The notes under the pieces: generated by a model
What the model was told of the DNA's origin: nothing
Seen by the model: the letters and a program-made list of their open reading frames with translations, nothing else
The model's database searches: none
Program-made: the position numbers and the translations under genes
Shown: positions 46,003-54,390 of the stretch, piece by piece
Layout of the letters: each line of letters begins with the position of its first letter
Position numbering within the stretch: position 1 is the stretch's first letter
DNA from: an uncultured Bradymonadales bacterium
GTDB taxonomy: Bacteria > Myxococcota_A > Bradymonadia > Bradymonadales > Bradymonadaceae
Length of the DNA: 64,000 bases
Reading direction: 5' to 3'
Assembly (NCBI GenBank): GCA_964600555.1
Contig: CAZRLK010000003.1
Location: 4,854 to 68,853 of the forward strand

Positions 46003-46794
46003 TCAGCCGCGGACCTCCTCGTCGAGGTCGCCCGGCATCTCGCAGTTGGCGTAGGCGTCCTGGACGTCGTCGTGGTCGTCGAGTTGGCGGTAAAACTCGA
46101 GGAACTTCTCGGATTCGTCCCGGTTCAGTTCGACGGTCTGAGTCGGGAGACGGACCGGCTTGGAGCGTTTGATTTCGTAGCCTTCCTCGCGGAGGTGCTC
46201 GTCGACGTCGGCGAGTTCCTCGAAGCCGGTGAAAATCTGGTAGACCTCGATGTCGTCCGGATTTTTCTTCTCGCTCTCGGGGGTGAACATCTGCTCGTCG
46301 ATCTCCTGGGCGCCCAGCTCGATGATCTCGAGCTGGAAGGTCTCCTCGTCGTCGATCGAGCCCTTGTCGACCAGGATCTCGCCTTTTCGGTCGAACTGCC
46401 AGGCGACACAGCCGTCCTCGCCGAGGTTCCCGTCGTGGGTGTCGAACAGGTGGCGAAGCTCGGAGACGGTTCGGTTGGTATTGTCGGTCAGCGCCTCGAC
46501 GAAGACGGCGACGCCGGCCGGGCCGTACCCCTCGTAGGTGTGGCGCTCGTAGTCGACGCCCTCGAGTTCACCGGTGCCGCGCTTGATGGCGCGTTCGATG
46601 TTCTCTTTGGGCATGTCGGCTTCGTGCGCCCGCTCGATGGCCATCCGCAGATCGGGGTTGTACTCCGGATCACCGCCGCCTTCGCGCGCCGCGACGGTGA
46701 TCTCGCGGATAAGCTTGTTGAAGATCTTGGCGCGGCGGCGGTCGCGCTTTTTTTTCTTGTGTTTGATCTTGCTCCACTTGTTGTGACCCGACAT
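46003..46794 (-). CDS. yebC: YebC/PmpR family DNA-binding transcriptional regulator
   Basis: MSGHNKWSKIKHKKKKRDRRRAKIFNKLIREITVAAREGGGDPEYNPDLR is the characteristic YebC N-terminus. ATG at 46794. Confidence 0.9.
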   Translation of the reverse strand: MSGHNKWSKIKHKKKKRDRRRAKIFNKLIREITVAAREGGGDPEYNPDLRMAIERAHEADMPKENIERAIKRGTGELEGVDYERHTYEGYGPAGVAVFVEALTDNTNRTVSELRHLFDTHDGNLGEDGCVAWQFDRKGEILVDKGSIDDEETFQLEIIELGAQEIDEQMFTPESEKKNPDDIEVYQIFTGFEELADVDEHLREEGYEIKRSKPVRLPTQTVELNRDESEKFLEFYRQLDDHDDVQDAYANCEMPGDLDEEVRG

Positions 46795-46885
46795 GGGTGG
46801 CTCCCGATGAAGTCAGTGTGCAGACGTCGGAGTGCGGTCGTCGTGGCAAACAAGCGCAGGCGGCTGGTCATTCACACCGCCGGCC

Positions 46886-47347
46886 TCACCACTCGGCGAG
46901 TTCGTCCAGCCAGCGCTCGATACATTCGTACAAAAGATCGCGGGTGTCGCGAAAGGTCTCGAGGTTCTCGCCGACGGGGTCGGCGATGCCTTCGATCGGA
47001 GGGTCGGCATACTCCCAGAGTCGGACGAGGCGTTCGGCGGCCTCCGGGGCGGCCTGTTCGACGGCCCGGGCGTGTTTCGGCTCCATGACCGGCACGTAAT
47101 CGGCGCGTTTCAAAAGGGCCGGAGAGAGGCCCTGGGATCGCGTCGACGGCGGGGAGAGGTCGATCTCTTCGAGGACGCGCTCGGCGAGCGAGGCGGGGGG
47201 CCGACCGGTGATGCCGAGTGTGCCGGCGGAGATGACGACCGCCTCGAGCTCTCGCTGTTCGAGCAAGTCCCGCGCGATTGCCTCCGCCATCGGAGAGCGG
47301 CAGATGTTGCCGCTGCAGACGAAGATGATACGGAGCGTCTCGGTCAC
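46886..47347 (-). CDS. Low-molecular-weight protein-tyrosine phosphatase
   Basis: CX5R(S/T) active site IIFVCSGNICRSPMAEA. Start placed at GTG 47347, just downstream of the preceding gene's stop (47376). The longer track ORF overlaps that gene and its translation is not protein-like. Confidence 0.8.
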   Translation of the reverse strand: MTETLRIIFVCSGNICRSPMAEAIARDLLEQRELEAVVISAGTLGITGRPPASLAERVLEEIDLSPPSTRSQGLSPALLKRADYVPVMEPKHARAVEQAAPEAAERLVRLWEYADPPIEGIADPVGENLETFRDTRDLLYECIERWLDELAEW

Positions 47348-47375
47348 GGCGTCGTCCAGTCGCAGGTCGGGGAGA

Positions 47376-48458
47376 TCACTCGAAGAACTTCGCGTACTCG
47401 TCCGGAAGGTGGCGGTCGGGGCGTGCACTGGCGATGCGATCGGAGAGATCGACGCCGTTGAGCGTGTGCCAGTACAAGACGCGCCGCTCGGCGAGGTCGC
47501 GCGCCTCGAGCTGGTCGACCAGGGCGGCGAAGGTCTTGCCCGTATAGGTCGGCTCCAGCTCGAAGTCGGTGTGGCGCTCGACGAGATCGATCGCTTCGAG
47601 GCCGGCATCGGTCGGCGTGCCGTACGCCTCTCCGAAGTAATCGTGCAGGAGTGTCAGACGGCCGGTATCGACCTCGATGTCGTCACCGACGCCGGCCTCC
47701 TGGAGGCGTCGTTCGGTCTGGCGGACGAGCCGCAGGATGGCGGGCTGATTGCAGATCAGTCGATCGACGACGCGGACTGCGACGATTTCGCAGTCGAGGC
47801 CGGCCAGTTCCGTGCCGAGCAACAGCCCGGAGACGGTGCCGCAGGTGCCGGCAGCGACGAAGATGACGTCGGGAGCCGGAAGGTCGCCGGCCTCGATCTG
47901 GTCGGCGAGTTCGCAGGCGGCGTTGACGTAGCCGACGACGCCGGTCGCCGAGGAGCCGCCTCCGGGGATGTAATAGACCTCGGGGCCGCGGGCGAGCCAT
48001 TCGCGGACCCGGGTACGGATCACCTCGACCGGGATCTGGGCGCGATTGCCGACCAGGGTCAACTCCGGCCGCGTCGTGCTCAGGGCCCGGAGGTTGTCGC
48101 GGACGTGCTCGGTGAGGGGCTGGGGAAAGTGCAGGGCGGCCGGTTGCAGTCCCTGCTGGCGGGCGTAGATGCAGGTCGCCAGAACGTGGTGGCTGCCGAT
48201 GCCGCCGACGGTCCAGGCCTGGGAGTGGCCCTGCTCGAGCGCCTCGCCGAGCAGATACTCGAGTTTGCGGACCTTGTTGCCGCCGTACAACTCGCCGGTT
48301 CGGTCGTCGCGTTTCACCCACAGCTCCGGGATTCCGAGCTCTTCGCCGAGCGTATCGAGTCGCTCGACGGGGGTCGGAAGCGTCGCAAAATCGAGCCGGG
48401 CGAGCTCGGCCGTCGCCGGGTATCGTTGCTCGAGCGAAGTATCGGCCACGTCGGACAC
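47376..48458 (-). CDS. PLP-dependent ACC deaminase / D-cysteine desulfhydrase family enzyme
   Basis: GGNKVRKLEYLL (PLP lysine motif), FATLPTPVERL, GGIGSHH, GGGSSATGV. GTG start at 48458. Confidence 0.85.
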   Translation of the reverse strand: MSDVADTSLEQRYPATAELARLDFATLPTPVERLDTLGEELGIPELWVKRDDRTGELYGGNKVRKLEYLLGEALEQGHSQAWTVGGIGSHHVLATCIYARQQGLQPAALHFPQPLTEHVRDNLRALSTTRPELTLVGNRAQIPVEVIRTRVREWLARGPEVYYIPGGGSSATGVVGYVNAACELADQIEAGDLPAPDVIFVAAGTCGTVSGLLLGTELAGLDCEIVAVRVVDRLICNQPAILRLVRQTERRLQEAGVGDDIEVDTGRLTLLHDYFGEAYGTPTDAGLEAIDLVERHTDFELEPTYTGKTFAALVDQLEARDLAERRVLYWHTLNGVDLSDRIASARPDRHLPDEYAKFFE

Positions 48459-48621
48459 CGAGGGGCAGGGAAGCGAGGAGCATCGAAGACCAGCGGCTCG
48501 TATATACTACGCGAGCGTTCGATTTGGCAAAGATCTGGTTTACGAATACGACGCGGGGGGGAGGACGTTCCCCCCGAAGAGGTCTCGAGCAACTCCACCT
48601 TTTCATCGACGGAGGACGACG

Positions 48622-48945
48622 ATGAGCGACTCGCAAGAACGCTACGACGAGGAGACGGGGACGGTCTGGGTGTATTACGACTTCGACGAGCCTCAAACGC
48701 TGGTGCCGAACGGTGAGCTGCGCGAATGGATGGCCGCCGTACAGAAAGGCGAGACCGAGGACGGGCGGGACGTCGAGGCGGTCAACTACGTGTTCGACGA
48801 CGAGGGGAGTGCGAAATACAACTTCCAGGCGCTGGCGTACGGCGACATCGGCACCTATGTCGGGACGCTGGACGACTGTGAGGAGTACGAGCCGCCGGAG
48901 GGGGCCCCGGACTTCGAGACGAAAGAAGACTTCGGCATCGAGTGA
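48622..48945 (+). CDS. Hypothetical small acidic protein (107 aa)
   Basis: ATG at 48622 preceded by GGAGGACGACG. GC3-rich coding-like composition. No family recognised. Confidence 0.55.
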   Translation: MSDSQERYDEETGTVWVYYDFDEPQTLVPNGELREWMAAVQKGETEDGRDVEAVNYVFDDEGSAKYNFQALAYGDIGTYVGTLDDCEEYEPPEGAPDFETKEDFGIE

Positions 48946-48960
48946 GGGGGGAGCGCGTGG

Positions 48961-51150
48961 CTACCAGTCGCAGCCGAGGTGGGGCATGCTGAAGCGGTTC
49001 GGACAGGGGTCCAGGGGGTCGGGGAGGCGGTCGCGATCGGAGTCACGCCAGCAGGCGTCGCCGACGCCGTCGCCGTTCGAGTCGAGCTGATGGGGATTGG
49101 GGGTAGTCGGGCAGTTGTCCCATGCGTCGGCGACCCCGTCGCCGTCGACGTCGTCGTCGCAGGCGTCGCCGATGCCGTCGTCGTTGCGGTCCTCCTGGCG
49201 GGGGTTCGGCGCCTGCGGGCAGTTGTCGCGGTCGTCGGGGACGCCGTCGGCGTCGAAATCGCTCTCGAGGGTGCCGTCGTCGTCGAGATCCCAGGCGCAG
49301 CGTGTGCGCTCGGGCGGGGAGACGTCGCGGTTGGCGAGCAGCGGGCACGGGTCGCAGACGTCGCCGACGCCGTCGCCGTCCCAGTCGGTCTGGTAGGGGT
49401 TCGAGACCTCGGGACAGTTGTCGGCGCCGTCGGGGATGCGGTCGCCGTCCCGGTCGTCGGCACACGCCTCGTCGTCGCCGCGCCCCCAGGGGTCGGCGAC
49501 CTCGGGGCACGGGTCGCAGGCATCCCCGATCCCGTCACCGTCGGCGTCGGTCTGGTCGGGATTCGTGGTGCGGGGGCAGTTGTCGCGGACGTCGGCGACC
49601 CCGTCGGCGTCGGAGTCGGGGCCGCACGAGTCGCCGTCGGCCATCGAGGGCCAGACGGGACACGGATCCTCGCTGTCGGGGACTCCGTCGCCGTCCCGGT
49701 CGCGCGAGCCGTCGACACTGCAGGCATCGCCGAGGCCGTCGCCGTTGGCATCGCGCTGTTCGGGATTGGCGACGTACGGACAGTTGTCGACCTTCCACGA
49801 AATTCCGTCGCCGTCCCAGTCGTGCCGGCAGGCGGCCCCGACGCGCTGGTCGGCGGCGACCTCCTGGTCGGGGTCCGGGACCCGGGGGCAGACGTCGCAG
49901 ACGTCGCCGACGCCGTCTCCGTCGGAATCAATCTGGAGGGGATTGGCCCGCCAGGGGCAATTGTCGGCCCCGTTTTCGATCCCGTCGCCGTCGGCATCCT
50001 CGCCGACTTCCCCCTCGCAGGCGTCGCCGATCCCGTCGCCGTCGGCATCGGATTGGGCGGGGTTGGACGTCACCGGGCAGTTGTCGACGATGGCCCGAAC
50101 GCCGTCGTCGTCGCCGTCGAACCAGCCGAACCCGTACTCGCAGGCGTCGCCGACCCCGTCGAGATTGCGGTCGACCTGGAGGGGATTGTAGACGCCGGGG
50201 CAGTTGTCTTCGCCGCGGCCGAGGCCATCTCCATCCGGATCGTCTTCACCGCGGCATGTCTCGCTGGAGGTGCCGGGTCGGGTCGGACACGGGTCGCAGG
50301 CGTTGCCGGCGCCGTCGCGGTCGGCATCGGTCAGCCAGTGCTGGGGAACGGTCGGGCAGTTGTCGATGCGCCGGCGTCCCGGCCGGACGTTCGGCCATCC
50401 GTCGCCGTCGAAATCGCGATCTCCGGTGCGCTGGATGCCGCGCTCGCAACGGTCGCCCTTGCCGTTTTCGTTGACGTCGCGCTGCGCGGCGTTGGGCGTC
50501 CGGGGGCAGTTGTCGCACAGGTCGCCGATGCCATCTCCGTCGCTGTCGACCTGGCGGGGATCCGGCGTGTGGGGGCAGGTGTCGGCGGGATTGGGGACCC
50601 CGTCGCCGTCGGCGTCGCGCGATGGGTCGGTGCACGCCTCCGGTCGTCCGTCGGAGCCGGTCGTCTGGGAGGGATTGGCGACACGGGGACAGTTGTCGCA
50701 GACGTCCCCGACGCCGTCTCCGTCGACGTCGGTCTGGGCGTAGTTGGCGATCTCAGGACAGTTGTCGCAGGCATCACCGAGGCCGTCGGAGTCGATGTCG
50801 CGCTGGGTCGGGTTGACGGTCTCCGGGCAATTGTCCGACTCGTCGGGGATGCCGTCCATGTCGCGGTCGTGGCCGCCGCCGGTATCGGTGTCGGGAGCGA
50901 GCCCGGTATCGGAGGTGGCGTCGCCGGGGGCGGCGTCGGGCGCGGCGGAGGTGTCGGTGGCGTCGGCGGATCCGACGCCGACCGGAAGCAGGCACAGCCC
51001 TTCGATGCAGCGACGAGGGGCCGAACAGTCGGTATCGCTCGAACAGGTCCGCTCCTCGCCGCCGCCACCACTGTCCGGGCCGGTCGGGCAGCCGGTTGCT
51101 GCGAGCACCACTCCCCCGGCAAGGACGACGACGAACAACGGGCGGACCAT
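48961..51150 (-). CDS. Thrombospondin type 3 repeat (calcium-binding) lipoprotein, no OmpA domain
   Basis: ATG at 51150 giving [24 protein letters not shown] (lipobox). [18 protein letters not shown] module. About 20 units by my count of D-x-D-x-DG-x-x-D-x-C-D-x-CP (for example [43 protein letters not shown]). Confidence 0.85.
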   Translation of the reverse strand: MVRPLFVVVLAGGVVLAATGCPTGPDSGGGGEERTCSSDTDCSAPRRCIEGLCLLPVGVGSADATDTSAAPDAAPGDATSDTGLAPDTDTGGGHDRDMDGIPDESDNCPETVNPTQRDIDSDGLGDACDNCPEIANYAQTDVDGDGVGDVCDNCPRVANPSQTTGSDGRPEACTDPSRDADGDGVPNPADTCPHTPDPRQVDSDGDGIGDLCDNCPRTPNAAQRDVNENGKGDRCERGIQRTGDRDFDGDGWPNVRPGRRRIDNCPTVPQHWLTDADRDGAGNACDPCPTRPGTSSETCRGEDDPDGDGLGRGEDNCPGVYNPLQVDRNLDGVGDACEYGFGWFDGDDDGVRAIVDNCPVTSNPAQSDADGDGIGDACEGEVGEDADGDGIENGADNCPWRANPLQIDSDGDGVGDVCDVCPRVPDPDQEVAADQRVGAACRHDWDGDGISWKVDNCPYVANPEQRDANGDGLGDACSVDGSRDRDGDGVPDSEDPCPVWPSMADGDSCGPDSDADGVADVRDNCPRTTNPDQTDADGDGIGDACDPCPEVADPWGRGDDEACADDRDGDRIPDGADNCPEVSNPYQTDWDGDGVGDVCDPCPLLANRDVSPPERTRCAWDLDDDGTLESDFDADGVPDDRDNCPQAPNPRQEDRNDDGIGDACDDDVDGDGVADAWDNCPTTPNPHQLDSNGDGVGDACWRDSDRDRLPDPLDPCPNRFSMPHLGCDW

Positions 51151-51350
51151 GAACCGATCGGCGGAGGGAAGGAACGAACTGCAGGTCGGAGTCATTGTAG
51201 CGGGGATCGCCCCGCGTCTGAAGTGCGGGGGCGCGCCGATCGCCTCGCACAGATCGTCGAACGGGCCGAGGGGAGCGCGTTGACACTCAGATCGCGGCAG
51301 CCTTACCATTCGGTGCGGTCTGCGCGCAGGTCTTCTCGGGGTACGGGAAC

Positions 51351-52751
51351 ATGCTCATCAACCGTACGATTGGAAATTACATCCTCCTTCGCCGTCTGGC
51401 GGTCGGAGGCCAGAGTGAGGTCTTTTTGGCGATGAAGGAGGGACCGGAGCGCTACACCCGGCCGGTCGTCATCAAGGCCCTGCCGACTCGATACCGCAAC
51501 GATCCGACCTTCGTCGAGCTGTTCCACCGTGAGGCGTATCTCTCCTCTCGATTCTCGCACCCGAACGTCGTGACCGTCCACGATGCCCGGATGCTCGACG
51601 GCGAGCGGTGCATGGTGATGGATTTCATTTCGGGGCAGACCGTCGCCGACCTCGCTCAACGCGGCTACAAAGCCGGCGATCCTCCGTCGAGAAGCCAGGC
51701 CGTTCGCATCGTCGCCGATGCGTGTGCCGGACTCGATTACACGCACAATTTCCGGGACATCGACGAGACGGAGTATCGGGTCGTCCACCGGGACGTCAGC
51801 CCGCAGAACCTGATGGTCACTTATCAGGGGGTGACGATCGTGTTCGATTTCGGCATCGCGAGGGTCGTCGGGAACGATTCGACGGTCGAGACGCTCGCTG
51901 GCGGCAAGTACGCGTACATGAGCCCGGAACAGTGCACGAAGAGCCGAGAGGTCGACACCCGTTCGGACATCTTCAGTCTGGGGGTGATCCTGTACGAGCT
52001 GACCGTCGGCACCCGGCTGTTTCGCCGGGAGTCGGAAGAGGAGATCATCGAGGCCGTCACCGAGCAAGAGATCAAAGCCCCCGGGGATGTGCGTTCGTCG
52101 TATCCGCCGATCCTCGAACAGATCGTCATGAAGGCCCTTCGGCGCGATCCGGACCGTCGCTACCAGTCGGCCGGTGAGATGCGACGAGACCTCCAGGATT
52201 TTTTGGCGATGCAAGGGGAGGGCGGAAGGCACGAGGAACTCGGAGCGTACGTCGCGGGGTTGTTCGAGGAAGAACGGGCGGAGGTGGCGCGAGTCGTGCG
52301 GGCGGCCCAGGAGTCGGAGGAAGCACCGAAGCCGAAGGCGGGAACGCCGCTCGAGCAACTGGGACGGGAGTCGAGTTCGGAAGCGAGCGACTCTCCGGTG
52401 GTGCCGATGCCGGAGCCGGAAAACGATTCGAACCTGGCGGGTGGCCTCGAGACGTCGAGTCGCGAAGAGAGCGACACCGGCGCGGCCTCCGGCGAAGAGG
52501 GTCGGAGGCAAAACGAAGCATCGATCGGCAGAGCCGCCTCCGACGGCGGCGGGGAGGAACCGGGACGGCCGACCGCTCCCCGGGTCGCCCGGGAGCTCGA
52601 GTCGCTGCGAAAGCGCCACTCCGTGCTTCTGGCGGTGCTCGGGGTGGTCCTGGCTCTGCTGGCGGTTCTCTCCGTATTGACCTTCGTACAGGGACCGGCA
52701 GGGTTCGGCCAGCAGGAGACGGTCGAAATCGGGACCTCGGCCGGCGAGTGA
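51351..52751 (+). CDS. Eukaryotic-like Ser/Thr protein kinase, C-terminally membrane-anchored
   Basis: [30 protein letters not shown] kinase subdomains. Acidic linker. Single [23 protein letters not shown] about 25 aa from the C-terminus. Confidence 0.9.
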   Translation: MLINRTIGNYILLRRLAVGGQSEVFLAMKEGPERYTRPVVIKALPTRYRNDPTFVELFHREAYLSSRFSHPNVVTVHDARMLDGERCMVMDFISGQTVADLAQRGYKAGDPPSRSQAVRIVADACAGLDYTHNFRDIDETEYRVVHRDVSPQNLMVTYQGVTIVFDFGIARVVGNDSTVETLAGGKYAYMSPEQCTKSREVDTRSDIFSLGVILYELTVGTRLFRRESEEEIIEAVTEQEIKAPGDVRSSYPPILEQIVMKALRRDPDRRYQSAGEMRRDLQDFLAMQGEGGRHEELGAYVAGLFEEERAEVARVVRAAQESEEAPKPKAGTPLEQLGRESSSEASDSPVVPMPEPENDSNLAGGLETSSREESDTGAASGEEGRRQNEASIGRAASDGGGEEPGRPTAPRVARELESLRKRHSVLLAVLGVVLALLAVLSVLTFVQGPAGFGQQETVEIGTSAGE

Positions 52752-52777
52752 GGTGTGGCGGCCAGAGTTGCCACCGG

Positions 52778-52801
52778 CGGCAACCTCCGTTGCCGATTTT
52801 T
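52778..52801 (+). terminator. Rho-independent terminator after the kinase gene, with a competing upstream hairpin arm
   Basis: CGGCAAC-CTCC-GTTGCCG followed by ATTTTT. An identical GTTGCC arm at 52768-52773 can pair with the same GGCAAC segment. Confidence 0.6.
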
Positions 52802-52940
52802 CGAACAAGGTTCGACAGCCAGAGGGGCGCGAGGAAGGGCTTCGCCGGTTGAGCGGGCCCGGAATGTGATTTGCACACACAAATGGAGCGCGACAGCCCA
52901 TTCGATCCGCTCATCGCGCTTCCAAACCCCTTGCCTGCTC

Positions 52941-54323
52941 ATGCGAGACCGATGCCTGCTGTATGCTGCTACGTTCGTCCTTGTGCCGCTGCTTTTCGCC
53001 TCGGGGTGTGGACCGGCCGAGTCGGAGTCCGAGGGGGACGACGGGCCGATCGTCGTCTCCGAGGACGCCTCCGGGAGCGCCGAGGGAGCGGACACCGGCG
53101 TGGGCGACTCCGAGGAGACGGACGATTCGGACGAGTCCGATGAGGACGACGACGAGACAGACGATGACGATTCGAGCAACTGCCAGGCCGATGCCGACTG
53201 CAGCGGCGACTGGATCTGTGAGGACGGGGATTGCGTCGAATGCGCGTCGGATGCGGACTGCTCGGAAGGCGAAACGTGTCGCAACGGGCAGTGCGCTGCC
53301 GAGGAGACCGGCTGCGAGAGTGACTCCGAATGCGAGAACGGAGACATCTGCGCAGACGGCGGGTGTGTCGAGTGTGCCAGCGACGCCGATTGCTCGACCG
53401 ACGAAACGTGTGAAAACAACTCGTGTGTCGAGGAGATGAGCGGCTGCGAAAGCGACGCCGATTGTCCGGAGGGATACGTCTGCGGTGGCGACGAGTGCGT
53501 GCCGTGCACGACGGACGCCGACTGCGACGCCGGGGAAGTCTGTCGGGACAATCAGTGCGAGACGTCGACGTCGGGATGTACCTCGGACGCCGACTGCGCG
53601 AGCGGCGAGGTCTGCTCGACGGGCGGGAGCTGCGTCGAATGCGAGCTCGACGCGGATTGCGCGAGCGGCGAGATCTGCAACGCCAGCAACCAGTGCGAGA
53701 CGTCGACGTCGGGATGCACCTCGGACGCCGACTGCGCGAGCGGCGAGATCTGCTCGTCGGGCGGAAGCTGCGTCGAATGCGAGCTCGACTCGGATTGCGC
53801 GAGCGGCGAGTACTGCAACGCCAGCAACCAGTGCGAGACGTCGAGCACGGGATGCACCTCGGATGCCGACTGCGCCTACGACGAGATCTGCTCGACGGGC
53901 GGGAGCTGCGTCGAATGCGAGCTCGACTCGGATTGCGCGAGCGGCGAGTACTGCAACGCCAGCAACCAGTGCGAGACGTCGACGTCGGGATGCACCTCGG
54001 ATGCCGACTGCGGCATCGACGAGGTCTGCTCGAGTTACGGCAGTTGCGTCGAATGCAGCTCCGACGTTGACTGCGATTTCGACGAGGTCTGCCAGTCGAA
54101 CCAGTGCGTCGCCTCGAGCAGTGGATGCACCTCGGACACCGACTGTGGCTACGATCAGGTCTGCTCGACGGGCGGAAGCTGCGTCGAGTGCGAGTACGAT
54201 TCGGACTGTGGCTACGACGAGGTGTGCGACTACAACACCTGCCAGCCGGACTCGGGAGGGAGCTGCACGTACGACAGCGAATGCCCGGTCGGTGAGCAAT
54301 GCATCAACGGCGTCTGCGTCTGA
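52941..54323 (+). CDS. Cys-rich tandem-repeat lipoprotein (46-aa C-x-x-D-x-D-C repeat units)
   Basis: ATG at 52941 giving MRDRCLLYAATFVLVPLLFASGCGPA (lipobox). Acidic linker, then about 8-9 units such as CTSDADCASGEVCSTGGSCVECELDADCASGEICNASNQCETSTSG. Confidence 0.8.
   Translation: MRDRCLLYAATFVLVPLLFASGCGPAESESEGDDGPIVVSEDASGSAEGADTGVGDSEETDDSDESDEDDDETDDDDSSNCQADADCSGDWICEDGDCVECASDADCSEGETCRNGQCAAEETGCESDSECENGDICADGGCVECASDADCSTDETCENNSCVEEMSGCESDADCPEGYVCGGDECVPCTTDADCDAGEVCRDNQCETSTSGCTSDADCASGEVCSTGGSCVECELDADCASGEICNASNQCETSTSGCTSDADCASGEICSSGGSCVECELDSDCASGEYCNASNQCETSSTGCTSDADCAYDEICSTGGSCVECELDSDCASGEYCNASNQCETSTSGCTSDADCGIDEVCSSYGSCVECSSDVDCDFDEVCQSNQCVASSSGCTSDTDCGYDQVCSTGGSCVECEYDSDCGYDEVCDYNTCQPDSGGSCTYDSECPVGEQCINGVCV
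53553..54104 (+). repeat. 138-bp near-identical in-frame tandem repeats (4 copies) inside the Cys-rich lipoprotein gene
   Basis: CAGTGCGAGACGTCG... restarts at 53553, 53691, 53829 and 53967 (138-bp period). A degenerate fifth copy restarts at 54102. Copies 1 and 2 differ at about 7 positions by eye. Confidence 0.9.
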
Positions 54324-54352
54324 CGCTTCGACGTGACACCGCCGATCTTCGC

Positions 54353-54390
54353 CCGCCCGACCACCTCCGCGGTGGTCGGGCGGTTTTTTT
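54353..54390 (+). terminator. Rho-independent terminator after the Cys-repeat gene; its T-run overlaps the alaS stop codon
   Basis: CCGCCCGACCACC-TCCGC-GGTGGTCGGGCGG followed by TTTTTTT: a 13-bp perfect stem. Confidence 0.85.
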
